From: Candidatus Spongiisociaceae bacterium
GTDB taxonomy: Bacteria > Actinomycetota > Acidimicrobiia > Spongiisociales > Spongiisociaceae
Direction of reading: 5' to 3'
Length of the DNA stretch: 64,000 nt
Assembly (NCBI GenBank): GCA_965219685.1
Contig: CBDCOH010000002.1
Span: forward strand, 704,001-768,000
Shown: positions 46,641-55,802 of the stretch, piece by piece
Position numbering within the stretch: the first letter of the stretch is position 1
Layout: each line of letters begins with the position of its first letter
Translations under genes and position numbers: made by a program
Notes under the pieces: generated by a model
What the model was told of the DNA's origin: nothing
Databases searched by the model: none
Seen by the model: only the letters and a program-made list of their open reading frames with translations

Positions 46641-47601
46641 GATAACCCTGCGGAAGATCGTCGATGCTTACGAGCGGATGGCGCCGCCGGTCCGCGTCAC
46701 CCCGGTCCTTCCGGTAGCACGATCCTCCGCTGAAGTCGGGAAGGAGCGTCTGTTCCTGAAGGCCGAGCACCTCCAGGTGACCGGGTCGTACAAGGCACGC
46801 GCCGCCTTCCATATCCTCCGCACCCTGGACGACGAGCAGCGCCGGAGGGGGATCGTCATGTCCTCGTCGGGGAACTTCGCCCAAGCCTTCGCCTACGCCG
46901 GACCGGTGGTCGGGTCGCCGGTAGCGATCATCATGCCCGACTACACGGCGGATGTGAAGGTGCAATCCACAAGGGACTACGGAGCCCAGGTGGTCCTCTG
47001 TCCGACCTTCGCCGACCGTGACCCCACCGTCGAGCGCGTGGCGAAGGAGCAGGGGATGTTCGCTCTCCACTCGTTCGAGCACCCTGAAGTTCCGATCGGC
47101 CATTCCGGGATCGGCCTGGAGATCCTCGAACAGGTTCCCGATGTCGAGACCGTCCTGATACCCATATCCAGCGGCGGGCTGGCCGCCGGGATAGCGGTGG
47201 CGATCAAGGAGAACCGCCCGGACGTCGAGGTACTCGGTGTCCAGCCGGAGGGCGGCAACGCGGCCTACCTGTCATGGCAGGCCGGGGAAGTACGAACCAT
47301 CGAGAACTGGAACTCGATGGCGGACGCCCTTTCGGGTCGCCGACCGGGAGAACTGCCCTTCCGTTACCTCCAGCGATACCTCGATGACATCCTGCTGGTC
47401 AGTGAGGAGGCCATCGCGGAGTCGGTGAGGACGATCCTGTTTCGAACCAAGACCTTGGCCGAGCCCGGAGGGGCGACCGCGGCGGCTGCTTTCCTCGACG
47501 GCCTCGTCGACAACGACCGCGTGACCGTGGCCATCGCATCCGGGGGCAACATCCAGCCCTCCGTCCTTGACGCGATCCTGGCCGGGTCTGGTGGGGACTG
47601 A
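46627..47601 (+). CDS. Threonine/serine dehydratase or racemase (PLP fold II)
   Basis: LKAEHLQVTGSYKAR, SSGN, SSGGL, EP and SGGN motifs; no ACT domain. Confidence 0.9.
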   Translation: MAGGEITLRKIVDAYERMAPPVRVTPVLPVARSSAEVGKERLFLKAEHLQVTGSYKARAAFHILRTLDDEQRRRGIVMSSSGNFAQAFAYAGPVVGSPVAIIMPDYTADVKVQSTRDYGAQVVLCPTFADRDPTVERVAKEQGMFALHSFEHPEVPIGHSGIGLEILEQVPDVETVLIPISSGGLAAGIAVAIKENRPDVEVLGVQPEGGNAAYLSWQAGEVRTIENWNSMADALSGRRPGELPFRYLQRYLDDILLVSEEAIAESVRTILFRTKTLAEPGGATAAAAFLDGLVDNDRVTVAIASGGNIQPSVLDAILAGSGGD

Positions 47602-47622
47602 ACCGATGACCGGAGGTAGCGG

Positions 47623-48423
47623 ATGACCGGGTCACGGCCCCGCATAGGGATAGTCGGGTATGGCCTCATCGGTTCCTACGTGTACGAGCAGATCAGTACC
47701 CGACCTGGACTAGGGCTCGACGTGGCGTTCGTTCACAACCGCAGTCCCGAGAAGGTTGCTCACCTTCCGGCCGAACTTGTCCTGGAGGATCTCGGGGACT
47801 TTGCCCGGTACGAGGCCGATCTCGTGGTCGAGTTGGCCCATGCGTCGGTCACGGTGGCCCACGGCGCCACCTTCCTCCGCCATACCGACTACATGCCCCT
47901 GTCGCTCACGGCCCTCGCCGACGCGGAGTTGGAACGGACGCTGCTGGACACCGCCGAAGCCCACGGCACCGGGCTGTACGTTCCCCACGGGGCCGTGGTC
48001 GGATTGGAAGCGATCGCCGAGGGTCGGGACCAGTGGGACGAGGTGACCATGGTGATGCGTAAGAGCCCCTCCAGCATCGACTTTGCCGAGCACCCGACCC
48101 TCACGGGGGAGGGGATCGATGAGGACACGGTGATCTACGACGGACCCACCAGGGGTATTTGCCCGCTCTTTCCCCGCAACGTCAACTCCCACGCCGCTCT
48201 GGCCCTAGGTGGAATCGGATTCGACCGGACCCGATCGGTGCTGGTAGGGGTGACGGACTCCCAAACCTCCGACATCGAGATCACCGCCCGCGGTGAGGCC
48301 GCCGATCTGACCATCAGGCGGGTCAGTCCCATGAAGGGTGTGAGCGGCATGTTCACCCTGATTTCCGCTCTGGGCAGCGTCGTACGCGCCAAGAGTCCGG
48401 GGGCAGGACTACAGATCTGCTGA
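47623..48423 (+). CDS. Aspartate dehydrogenase-like (DUF108/NadX family) protein
   Basis: GYGLIG, VVELA, P.GA..G, RK.P and FPRNVN motifs. Confidence 0.85.
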   Translation: MTGSRPRIGIVGYGLIGSYVYEQISTRPGLGLDVAFVHNRSPEKVAHLPAELVLEDLGDFARYEADLVVELAHASVTVAHGATFLRHTDYMPLSLTALADAELERTLLDTAEAHGTGLYVPHGAVVGLEAIAEGRDQWDEVTMVMRKSPSSIDFAEHPTLTGEGIDEDTVIYDGPTRGICPLFPRNVNSHAALALGGIGFDRTRSVLVGVTDSQTSDIEITARGEAADLTIRRVSPMKGVSGMFTLISALGSVVRAKSPGAGLQIC

Positions 48424-48432
48424 CCGAGTTGG

Positions 48433-48506
48433 TGGTCTATAGTCTATAGTTTCTAGCCGGTAGTGATGGTGTACGTTTGCTGTCTACAACTACCGACTAC
48501 CGACTA
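48433..48506. repeat. Two-armed TAGTC-type heptamer locus
   Basis: TGGTCTA TAGTCTA TAGTTTC TAGCCGG TAGTGAT, spacer, CAACTAC CGACTAC CGACTA ending in the PhyH stop. Confidence 0.8.
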
Positions 48507-49304
48507 ACCGTCGTACCAACCTACGCATCCGGGATATACGTGGCCGCGCGCCGGGACCATGCGGTGGGCGAACCACTCGGATTCCTGGTCGGTGTAGGTG
48601 CAGCGCCCGCTGAAGTAGATCGTGACCAGGCCCCGTCTTGAGTGGTCGGAGACGTTCGGTCCGCTCATGTGGATGATCTCGCCGTGGTGGATGCAGGCAT
48701 CGCCCGCCTCGAGTTCGACCGGCTCGAACTCGAGTTCGTCAGGGTTCAGGTCGGGCGCCGCCCCTCCGAACAGGGCATCCTTGCTGAAGTCCCGGTCGTG
48801 CGCGAATACCTGGCGGTGGCTTCCGGGAACGAACTGGGTGCAACCCCTCTCGAGAGTCGAGTCGTCCAGGGCAAGCCACACCGAGAGTTTTCCCTTCCCG
48901 GACCAGAAGACTTCCCAGTAGGCGTTGTCCTGGTGCGCCGGCGCGCCGCTCCCGCCGGGGGGTTTCAGAAAGGTCTGGTCGGTGTAGTAGACGATGTCGG
49001 GACCGAGCAGGTCCTCCACCACGTCGAGCGTCTTGGGCCGCAGGGTGTAGGACTCGAGGAGTTCGCGGCTTGCGTGCGCGGCATGCATGAGGGCGCGGAA
49101 CTTCTCCGTCCTCGGTATGTCCGCGCGGTCGGCGAGAACGGGGTCGATGTCGATGAGTATGTTCTCGTCGGGTGGGTCCTGTTCAACAAGACCCTCCATG
49201 ATCCTGCGGATGTTGGTGAGTTCGTCGTCATCGACGAAGTTCTCGACCCTCAAGAACCCGTTACGCTCCCAGGTACCGATCTCTTCCGCAGTGAGTGCTT
49301 TCAT
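48504..49304 (-). CDS. PhyH-family Fe(II)/2-oxoglutarate dioxygenase
   Basis: KPPG, HQD, WLALDD..GC...PGSH, H...H.SG.N.S...R. Confidence 0.93.
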   Translation of the reverse strand: MKALTAEEIGTWERNGFLRVENFVDDDELTNIRRIMEGLVEQDPPDENILIDIDPVLADRADIPRTEKFRALMHAAHASRELLESYTLRPKTLDVVEDLLGPDIVYYTDQTFLKPPGGSGAPAHQDNAYWEVFWSGKGKLSVWLALDDSTLERGCTQFVPGSHRQVFAHDRDFSKDALFGGAAPDLNPDELEFEPVELEAGDACIHHGEIIHMSGPNVSDHSRRGLVTIYFSGRCTYTDQESEWFAHRMVPARGHVYPGCVGWYDG

Positions 49305-49468
49305 GCTCCCCAAGTTCCCTCTTCCCGGCGACGAAACTCTACCAAGCGCGGTTTGCCCCTCCGCCCACCGTTCGCGGTCACGCTCGGCCTCGGTCGTGGA
49401 GTCGCCCGGACGTAGCGGCCCGCGGGCGTGCACTTGCCCGACCGGCAACCGCCAACGGACGAGCGACC

Positions 49469-50260
49469 ATGACTGACCACAGGCTCTTGAATCGGTTCGA
49501 CCTGGTGCTGGCCGAGTCCTTCCGCCAGACCATCCGGGACTGCGGGGGTGAGATATGGGAGGCGAACGGGGTGGTTTCGTGGGCCAGTTCCCTCAAGCAG
49601 TCCTCTCCCGCCCATGCCAACGGGGTGATGCGTCTGAACCGGCTGATGTCCGCCAGGGAAGTGATAGGCATCACCTCAGGGTTCTTCCGGGCTCGGGGTC
49701 ACGGTTACACCGTGCTGGTCCGTTCCGACGACCGGGCGCTGCGTGGTGAGATCGAGCGTGCGGGTTGGGGCATGGAGTTCGAGCATGCGGCCCTAGTCAT
49801 GACCGAACGGCCACCGGAGCCGGCGAGCGAGGGAGATGTGGAGACGCGCCGGGTGAAGGACCCGTCCGGCATGCTTGATTTCTGCGCGACGATCACGGCT
49901 GCCATGGGTTCGGACCAGGACGTGCAGCGGTTCGTGAACCTCGGCCTGCGGAGGATCCAGGCCCTGCTCGGGCCTACCAAGGCCGCGTTCCTGGCCTACG
50001 ACGATGGAGCTCCCGCGGCCTGCGCCCTCGGGTCGCTCATCGACGGAGTTGCGTCGATCGGATGGATAGGGGCCAAACCCGAACACCGTCGCCGAGGACT
50101 CGCCACCGCGGTCACCCGAGCCGCCATCCAAACCGGTTTCGACCAGGGCGCAAGCATGGCCGCGGCGCTCAGTCCCGTTGCCGCGGTGGCCTTCCTCGGT
50201 GACATGGGATTCGCGGAGGTAGGGCGTTACCGGGAGTACGTATTCCCGCCCCCGCGCTGA
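49469..50260 (+). CDS. GNAT-family acetyltransferase
   Basis: C-terminal PEHRRRGLA acetyl-CoA motif and MGF.E. Confidence 0.82.
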   Translation: MTDHRLLNRFDLVLAESFRQTIRDCGGEIWEANGVVSWASSLKQSSPAHANGVMRLNRLMSAREVIGITSGFFRARGHGYTVLVRSDDRALRGEIERAGWGMEFEHAALVMTERPPEPASEGDVETRRVKDPSGMLDFCATITAAMGSDQDVQRFVNLGLRRIQALLGPTKAAFLAYDDGAPAACALGSLIDGVASIGWIGAKPEHRRRGLATAVTRAAIQTGFDQGASMAAALSPVAAVAFLGDMGFAEVGRYREYVFPPPR

Positions 50261-50502
50261 GAGTTACCGAATCCGTGCGGACGATGAGTTGCAGGAGAGG
50301 GTCTACGGGGTTCCACTCCGTCCTGCTCACACCATGCGAGGTAGTCGCCGATCGATCTCCGGAACTCGCGGCGCAGACGCTGGACATCGGTTGCTTCGAA
50401 TGTGGCGATCGGGTACGGACCGCTGTTGATGACGCTGCCATGGAGCCGATCGACAGAAGCATCGTATTCGACCCTGGCGATGAATCCCTTGTATTCGATC
50501 AT
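50227..50502 (-). CDS. hicB: HicB-family antitoxin, short (no DNA-binding domain), no intact hicA
   Basis: YKGF.ARVEYD...HG.V...TFE...L..EF..S..DYL.WC...G.EP pattern. Confidence 0.75.
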   Translation of the reverse strand: MIEYKGFIARVEYDASVDRLHGSVINSGPYPIATFEATDVQRLRREFRRSIGDYLAWCEQDGVEPRRPSPATHRPHGFGNSQRGGGNTYSR

Positions 50503-50601
50503 GGGGTCGGTCCCCACCTTCCTAAAGCCGTCGCCGGAGCAGGACATCCTGTAGTCCACCACCGGTCGTAGACTGATCTTCGCAGCTATTGGGAGGTCTC
50601 G

Positions 50602-52497
50602 ATTTTCCACGGTTCCGGCGGAGGTTGGTGGTCCTACCTCAACTATGACCAGAGCCAGCCGAGTCCGGAACTCGACCGCGAGCTACTGAGGCGAGTCTTC
50701 GGCTACGGCCGGCCGTACAGATGGCTGCTCATCGGCGTACTGGTCACCATCCTGGCGATCTCCATCCTGTCTGTGATCCCCCCGCTGCTGATCAGGGAGT
50801 TGGTCGACCGCGCCATCCCGGAGGCCGACATCGGCCGGTTGACGCTGCTCGGTGTGGGCATGGTGGCGGTTCCGTTGGTCAACGTGTCGGTGGGCACCCT
50901 GCAGCGATGGATGTCCGCCAAGGCCGGGGAGGGCATCATCTTCGACCTGCGTTGCAGCCTCTACTCCCACCTGCAGGCCATGTCTCTGCGTTTCTTCACC
51001 GAGACCAAGACCGGGGAGTTGATCTCACGCCTGAACAGTGACGTGGTAGGTGCGCAGACGGCGATCACCGGCACCTTCGTAACCATCATCTCCAACCTCG
51101 TATCGGTGGTCGTGATCCTGGTCGTGATGTTCCGCGCCGAGTGGCGGCTGACGCTGCTGGCGGTGGCCGCGCTACCCCTGTTCGTCTATCCGGCCCGGCG
51201 GGTGGCACAGGTCCTGAGAGGGATCACCCAGCGCCAGATGCAGCACAACGCGGCGATGGCGGCCATTCTCAACGAGACCTTCAACGTGAGCGGCGCCCTG
51301 CTCGTGAAGCTTTTCGGGCGTCGCCGGGAGGAGATGGCCAAGTTCTCCGGCGAAGCCCGGATGGTACGGGATCTCGGCGTTCGCCAGGCCCTGATCGGGC
51401 GTTGGTTCTTCGCTGCGCTCGGACTCGTCGGCGCCATTGGTACGGCGACCGTGTTCTGGGTTGGCGGCTACCTGGTGATCCGGGGCGATCTGAGCCTCGG
51501 GACGGTGGTCATGTTCTCGTCGTTGCTGGTCCAGCTCTACGGTCCGCTGTCCGCCATGTCCAATGCCAGGGTCGAGTTCGCCACCTCCCTGGTCTCGTTC
51601 GAGCGGGTGTTCGAGATCCTCGACCTACCCCACGAGATCGTGGAGCTACCCGACGCGGTCGACATCCGGCCCGTACGGGGAGCAGTCGGGTTCGACCGGG
51701 TCTTCTTCCGGTACCAGGCGGCCGGGTTCGCTGGATTGGCGTCCGCGAACCGCCCATGGGAGCTGGTGGATGGGGATGTTCCGGTCGCCCAGGCGAGCCG
51801 ACCCTGGGCGTTGGAGGACCTGAGCTTCCGGATCGAACCGGGTGAGCTCGCTGCGGTGGTCGGGCCATCGGGCGCCGGCAAGACGACGGTCAGCTACCTG
51901 GTGCCACGACTCTACGACATCGACCGCGGCCAGGTGAGCATCGACGGGGTCGATATCAGACGGGCCAAGCTGGACTCGCTGGAACACTCGATCGGGGTCG
52001 TCACCCAGGAGACGTTCCTGTTCCACGACACGATCGCTGCCAACCTCCGGTACGCCAAGCCCGATGCCGGGCAGGATGAACTGGAGCAGGCCGCCATGGC
52101 GGCCAACATCCACGACTTCGTGGTCTCCCTCACGGACGGCTACGACACGGTCGTGGGGGAGAGGGGATACCGGCTGTCAGGAGGTGAGAAGCAGCGCATC
52201 GCCCTGGCGAGGGTCATCCTCAAGGACCCTCGGATCCTGATACTCGACGAGGCCACCGCCCATCTGGACTCCGAGTCGGAGGCCCTCATCCACGAGGCGC
52301 TGGAGCGGGTGATGGTGGGAAGGACCTCGCTGGTCATCGCTCACCGTCTATCCACTATCCAGGCTGCGGACCGGATACTCGTGCTGGACGAGGGCCGCCT
52401 GGTGGAGGAGGGAACCCATGAGGACCTTCTCGAGTCGGGCGGCCTGTATGCCCGGTTGTACCGGACCCAGTTCAGGCGCCAGAAGACTTCAACCTGA
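50602..52497 (+). CDS. ABC exporter, fused TMD + NBD
   Basis: GPSGAGKT, LSGGEKQR, LDEATAHLD, IAHRLST; the open frame extends upstream to ATT 50602 after a GGGAGG RBS. Confidence 0.93.
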   Translation: MFHGSGGGWWSYLNYDQSQPSPELDRELLRRVFGYGRPYRWLLIGVLVTILAISILSVIPPLLIRELVDRAIPEADIGRLTLLGVGMVAVPLVNVSVGTLQRWMSAKAGEGIIFDLRCSLYSHLQAMSLRFFTETKTGELISRLNSDVVGAQTAITGTFVTIISNLVSVVVILVVMFRAEWRLTLLAVAALPLFVYPARRVAQVLRGITQRQMQHNAAMAAILNETFNVSGALLVKLFGRRREEMAKFSGEARMVRDLGVRQALIGRWFFAALGLVGAIGTATVFWVGGYLVIRGDLSLGTVVMFSSLLVQLYGPLSAMSNARVEFATSLVSFERVFEILDLPHEIVELPDAVDIRPVRGAVGFDRVFFRYQAAGFAGLASANRPWELVDGDVPVAQASRPWALEDLSFRIEPGELAAVVGPSGAGKTTVSYLVPRLYDIDRGQVSIDGVDIRRAKLDSLEHSIGVVTQETFLFHDTIAANLRYAKPDAGQDELEQAAMAANIHDFVVSLTDGYDTVVGERGYRLSGGEKQRIALARVILKDPRILILDEATAHLDSESEALIHEALERVMVGRTSLVIAHRLSTIQAADRILVLDEGRLVEEGTHEDLLESGGLYARLYRTQFRRQKTST

Positions 52498-52508
52498 ACC
52501 GGGTGCCC

Positions 52509-52865
52509 TCAGGTCCCTACCATTCTCGAAGCGGAGGGCGATCCGTGGGCGAGCAGCAGCAGGGTCCCGTCGTGGCACATCCACAGGTGATCGTTCGCCC
52601 TGAACCATCGATGGGGTGGCATCACCCGCAGCGCGTCGCCATCATCACCGCGCCACGGACGGTAGGCGAGGACCTCGCAGGCGGGAGCGAGGACGGCGTC
52701 GACCCGACCCACGAGTTCGTAGTCGCCGAAGACCTTGGACATGGCGTCCCACGTGTCCTCTCTGCTTCCGGGACGCCCGAAGTGGAGCCTCCCGCAGTCC
52801 TGGCAGGCAGCCACACCGATGCCGCGATGGATCGAGTGCGTCATGGGGTGGTTCAGGCAACGCAT
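52509..52865 (-). CDS. Small Cys/His-rich hypothetical protein
   Basis: ORF fills the gap and contains CQDC; no recognised family. Confidence 0.5.
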   Translation of the reverse strand: MRCLNHPMTHSIHRGIGVAACQDCGRLHFGRPGSREDTWDAMSKVFGDYELVGRVDAVLAPACEVLAYRPWRGDDGDALRVMPPHRWFRANDHLWMCHDGTLLLLAHGSPSASRMVGT

Positions 52866-53021
52866 AAATCCAATGGTGCCACGGTGGTGTGACACGGACG
52901 GTTATTTCCGAAGCGAAGGGGACGGACAGCCGGATCCGCTTCGCTTGGTGTTCTTCGAAGCCTCCGCCTTCACTGTCAGCTGCTGGGAACCTGGAGACGG
53001 TCGCTTCCCGTCTCACCTACC

Positions 53022-55742
53022 ATGAAGGGGTTGATGGCGATGCCCTATGATTTCCGGTCCGGCGGGCGGGCCTGGGCGGCCGTGGCTGTGATGCTGGTGG
53101 TGTCGGCGGGGCTGCTCGGTCAGGCCGCCTTTGGGACGGACTTCGCGGACATCCAAGAGGCCGGGGTTCATCGACCGGCCATCGATGCCCTAGATGGCGA
53201 GGGTGTGTTCAAGGGTACGGAGTGCGCGCCGGATGGCTTCTGTCCCACCGATCCGATCCCACGCTGGGTGGTGGCGGTATGGCTGGTACGGGTACTGGAT
53301 CATGGCGATCCGCGCGCAGCGGGTGGATCATCGTTTGCCGATGTGGACGGTGACGAGTGGTGGGCTCCGTTCGTGGAGCGCCTGGCGGAGCTCGAGGTAA
53401 CGGCGGGCTGCGCGGTCGATCCGTTGCGGTTCTGCCCGGAAGACCCGGTTACGAGAGCGCAGATGGCATCGTTCCTCGTCCGGGCCTTCGACCTGGATCC
53501 CGGTCCTCCGGCGGGTTTCGAGGATTTGGCGCCGGGCGGTGTCCACTCGGGGAGCATCGATGCTCTGGCCGCGGCCGGGATCACCGCCGGATGTTCCGAC
53601 GACCCGTTGCGGTTCTGTCCGGGTGATCCGGTCACGAGGGGTCAGATGGCGACCTTCCTGGCCCGCGCCGAGGGGCTCGTTCCCCTGCCCGGAACGGTCT
53701 CCTACCGGATCGGGTTCACCCGCCGGCACCTTCCAGTCGACAGGGTGTTCGTCAGGGACATCGGCGGCGCGTGGCTGGAGCGGCAGCTGGTCGGTGAGGG
53801 CGGAGGGTGGGGCCCGGTGTGGTCACCGGACGGAACGAGCATCGCGTACACGGGTCGGCTATCGCCCGTTCCCGGCACCGGGCCGAGGCTTATCGTCGTC
53901 GATCCCTATCACAGCAGCGAGCCTCGGGATCTAGGCCCCGGTCGCTCCCCGGTGTGGTCACCGGACGGCACGCGCTTGGCCTTCACCGATTCGGGGCAGG
54001 AGGGGGTCGAGGTTCTCGTGATCGGCGTGGACGGTTCCGGTCGACGAACTCTTGCGGCGGGCGAGGATCCGGCCTGGTCGCCGGATGGCGCCCGCATCGC
54101 CTTCAATCGCTCGGTCGAGGGCGTTGACGGCGTGTTCGTGGTCAATGCCGACGGCACCGGGGAGGCGTACATCGGCGAAGGCAGGCGGCCGGTGTGGTCG
54201 CCGGATGGTGCCCGCATCGCCTTCACCCGCGCGGTCGATAGCGGCGACGACATCTTCGTCACCAACCCCGACGGTTCGGATCAGCGGCGCCTCACCGACG
54301 CGGCGGGGCACGACCGGCGGCCCGTGTGGTCGCCCGACGGAGCGATGATCGCATTCGACACCGAACGTCACGGAGACCTGTCAACCGAGTCCCCGGCAAC
54401 CGAGATCTACGCGATGAGGGCCGACGGTTCCGGCCAGCAGCGGCTGACCGAAGGCGGCGGGAGGAACCGCCGTCCGGTGTGGTCTCCGGACGGCTTCCAT
54501 ATCGCCTTCACCACGGAGGAGTGGGAGTACCACTACACATACGTGATGGGAGCCGACGGGTCCAATCGCGTGCGGCTCACCACCACGACCGATGACCGGG
54601 ATCCGGTGTGGTCTCCGGACGGCTTCCATATCGCCTTCACGAGCAGCCGGGAGAGCAACCATCTGACCATGGCGATAGGTGTCGACGGCACGGGAGAGCG
54701 ACCTCTGGCCGACACGGGATCCGGGACGCCTGTCTGGTCACCCTCCGGCGCGCGCATCGCCTTCTCCTGCTGCGAGGGCTACCTCGGGTACGTGTCGGTC
54801 GTCGACACCGGGACCGGTCTCGCCCGAAGGCTGGTCGACACGGCCGGCACCGATTGGGCTCTCGAACCTGTGTGGTCTCCGGACGGTTCCCGCATCGCCT
54901 TCACCCGCTCGGTCACCAGCGACAACGACATCGGGTTCGTCGACGAGATTTTCTTCATCGACGCCGACGGGACCAACCTCTTGCAGATCACCAGAACGGA
55001 GGGAGGCGCCTACGGGTCTCGCAGGGCGGTCTGGTCGCCCGATGGCACACGCATCGCCTTCACCCGCTTCCGGGATCTCGACCCGGCTCCCTATGTGTCG
55101 AACGTGGACGCAGAACTCCTTGTGGTCAACGTCGACGGATCCGACCAGCGCCAGGTCGCCGATACGCCCGGAGACGACTACGCCCCGGTCTGGTCGCCGG
55201 ACGGCATGCGCATCGCATTCACCCATTCCACCCAGTCGAGAGACCTGATCTTCGTTGTCAGAGCGGACGGGACCGGTCAACGGTTACTGGCCTCCACCAG
55301 GGACGACCAGTGGGGTCCGGAGTGGTCTCCGGACGGTTCCCGGATCGCCTTCACGGGCCTGCCCCGTCGTCAGGGCACCCCCAGCGTCTATGTCGTCAAC
55401 GCCGATGGCGCCGACCTGAAGAGCCTCGGCCTGGGCGCCGGCCCGCGGTGGTCCCCCGACGGCACCCGTATCGCCTTCGTCGACTACGGGGACACCGGCT
55501 CCACCTGGGAGATCGTCTCGATCAACCCCGACGGGACGGACCCGAGACCTCTTACCCGAACCGGGCCCGAGACCCTCCCGACCGGACTGGTGTGGTCACC
55601 TGACGGGAACTACGTAGCGTTCAGCAGCAGCCACGACGGTGACGACGAGATATACGTGGTGAAAGCCGACGGGACCGGCCAGACGCAGCTCACCGGCAAC
55701 GACTTCTTCGCCGACACCGACCCGGTCTGGGTGCGCGAATAG
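53022..55742 (+). CDS. Secreted SLH-domain protein with PD40/TolB-like beta-propeller repeats
   Basis: Signal peptide, three Cys-containing SLH repeats (FCP.DPVTR.QMA.FL.RA), 14 WSP[DS]G repeats plus a terminal DPVW. Confidence 0.92.
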   Translation: MKGLMAMPYDFRSGGRAWAAVAVMLVVSAGLLGQAAFGTDFADIQEAGVHRPAIDALDGEGVFKGTECAPDGFCPTDPIPRWVVAVWLVRVLDHGDPRAAGGSSFADVDGDEWWAPFVERLAELEVTAGCAVDPLRFCPEDPVTRAQMASFLVRAFDLDPGPPAGFEDLAPGGVHSGSIDALAAAGITAGCSDDPLRFCPGDPVTRGQMATFLARAEGLVPLPGTVSYRIGFTRRHLPVDRVFVRDIGGAWLERQLVGEGGGWGPVWSPDGTSIAYTGRLSPVPGTGPRLIVVDPYHSSEPRDLGPGRSPVWSPDGTRLAFTDSGQEGVEVLVIGVDGSGRRTLAAGEDPAWSPDGARIAFNRSVEGVDGVFVVNADGTGEAYIGEGRRPVWSPDGARIAFTRAVDSGDDIFVTNPDGSDQRRLTDAAGHDRRPVWSPDGAMIAFDTERHGDLSTESPATEIYAMRADGSGQQRLTEGGGRNRRPVWSPDGFHIAFTTEEWEYHYTYVMGADGSNRVRLTTTTDDRDPVWSPDGFHIAFTSSRESNHLTMAIGVDGTGERPLADTGSGTPVWSPSGARIAFSCCEGYLGYVSVVDTGTGLARRLVDTAGTDWALEPVWSPDGSRIAFTRSVTSDNDIGFVDEIFFIDADGTNLLQITRTEGGAYGSRRAVWSPDGTRIAFTRFRDLDPAPYVSNVDAELLVVNVDGSDQRQVADTPGDDYAPVWSPDGMRIAFTHSTQSRDLIFVVRADGTGQRLLASTRDDQWGPEWSPDGSRIAFTGLPRRQGTPSVYVVNADGADLKSLGLGAGPRWSPDGTRIAFVDYGDTGSTWEIVSINPDGTDPRPLTRTGPETLPTGLVWSPDGNYVAFSSSHDGDDEIYVVKADGTGQTQLTGNDFFADTDPVWVRE

Positions 55743-55802
55743 TGAGTTCCAGGCTGCCACGCTTCATGGGGTCGGCGCGGTCGGGAGCGCGGCTCTTCAG
55801 GG

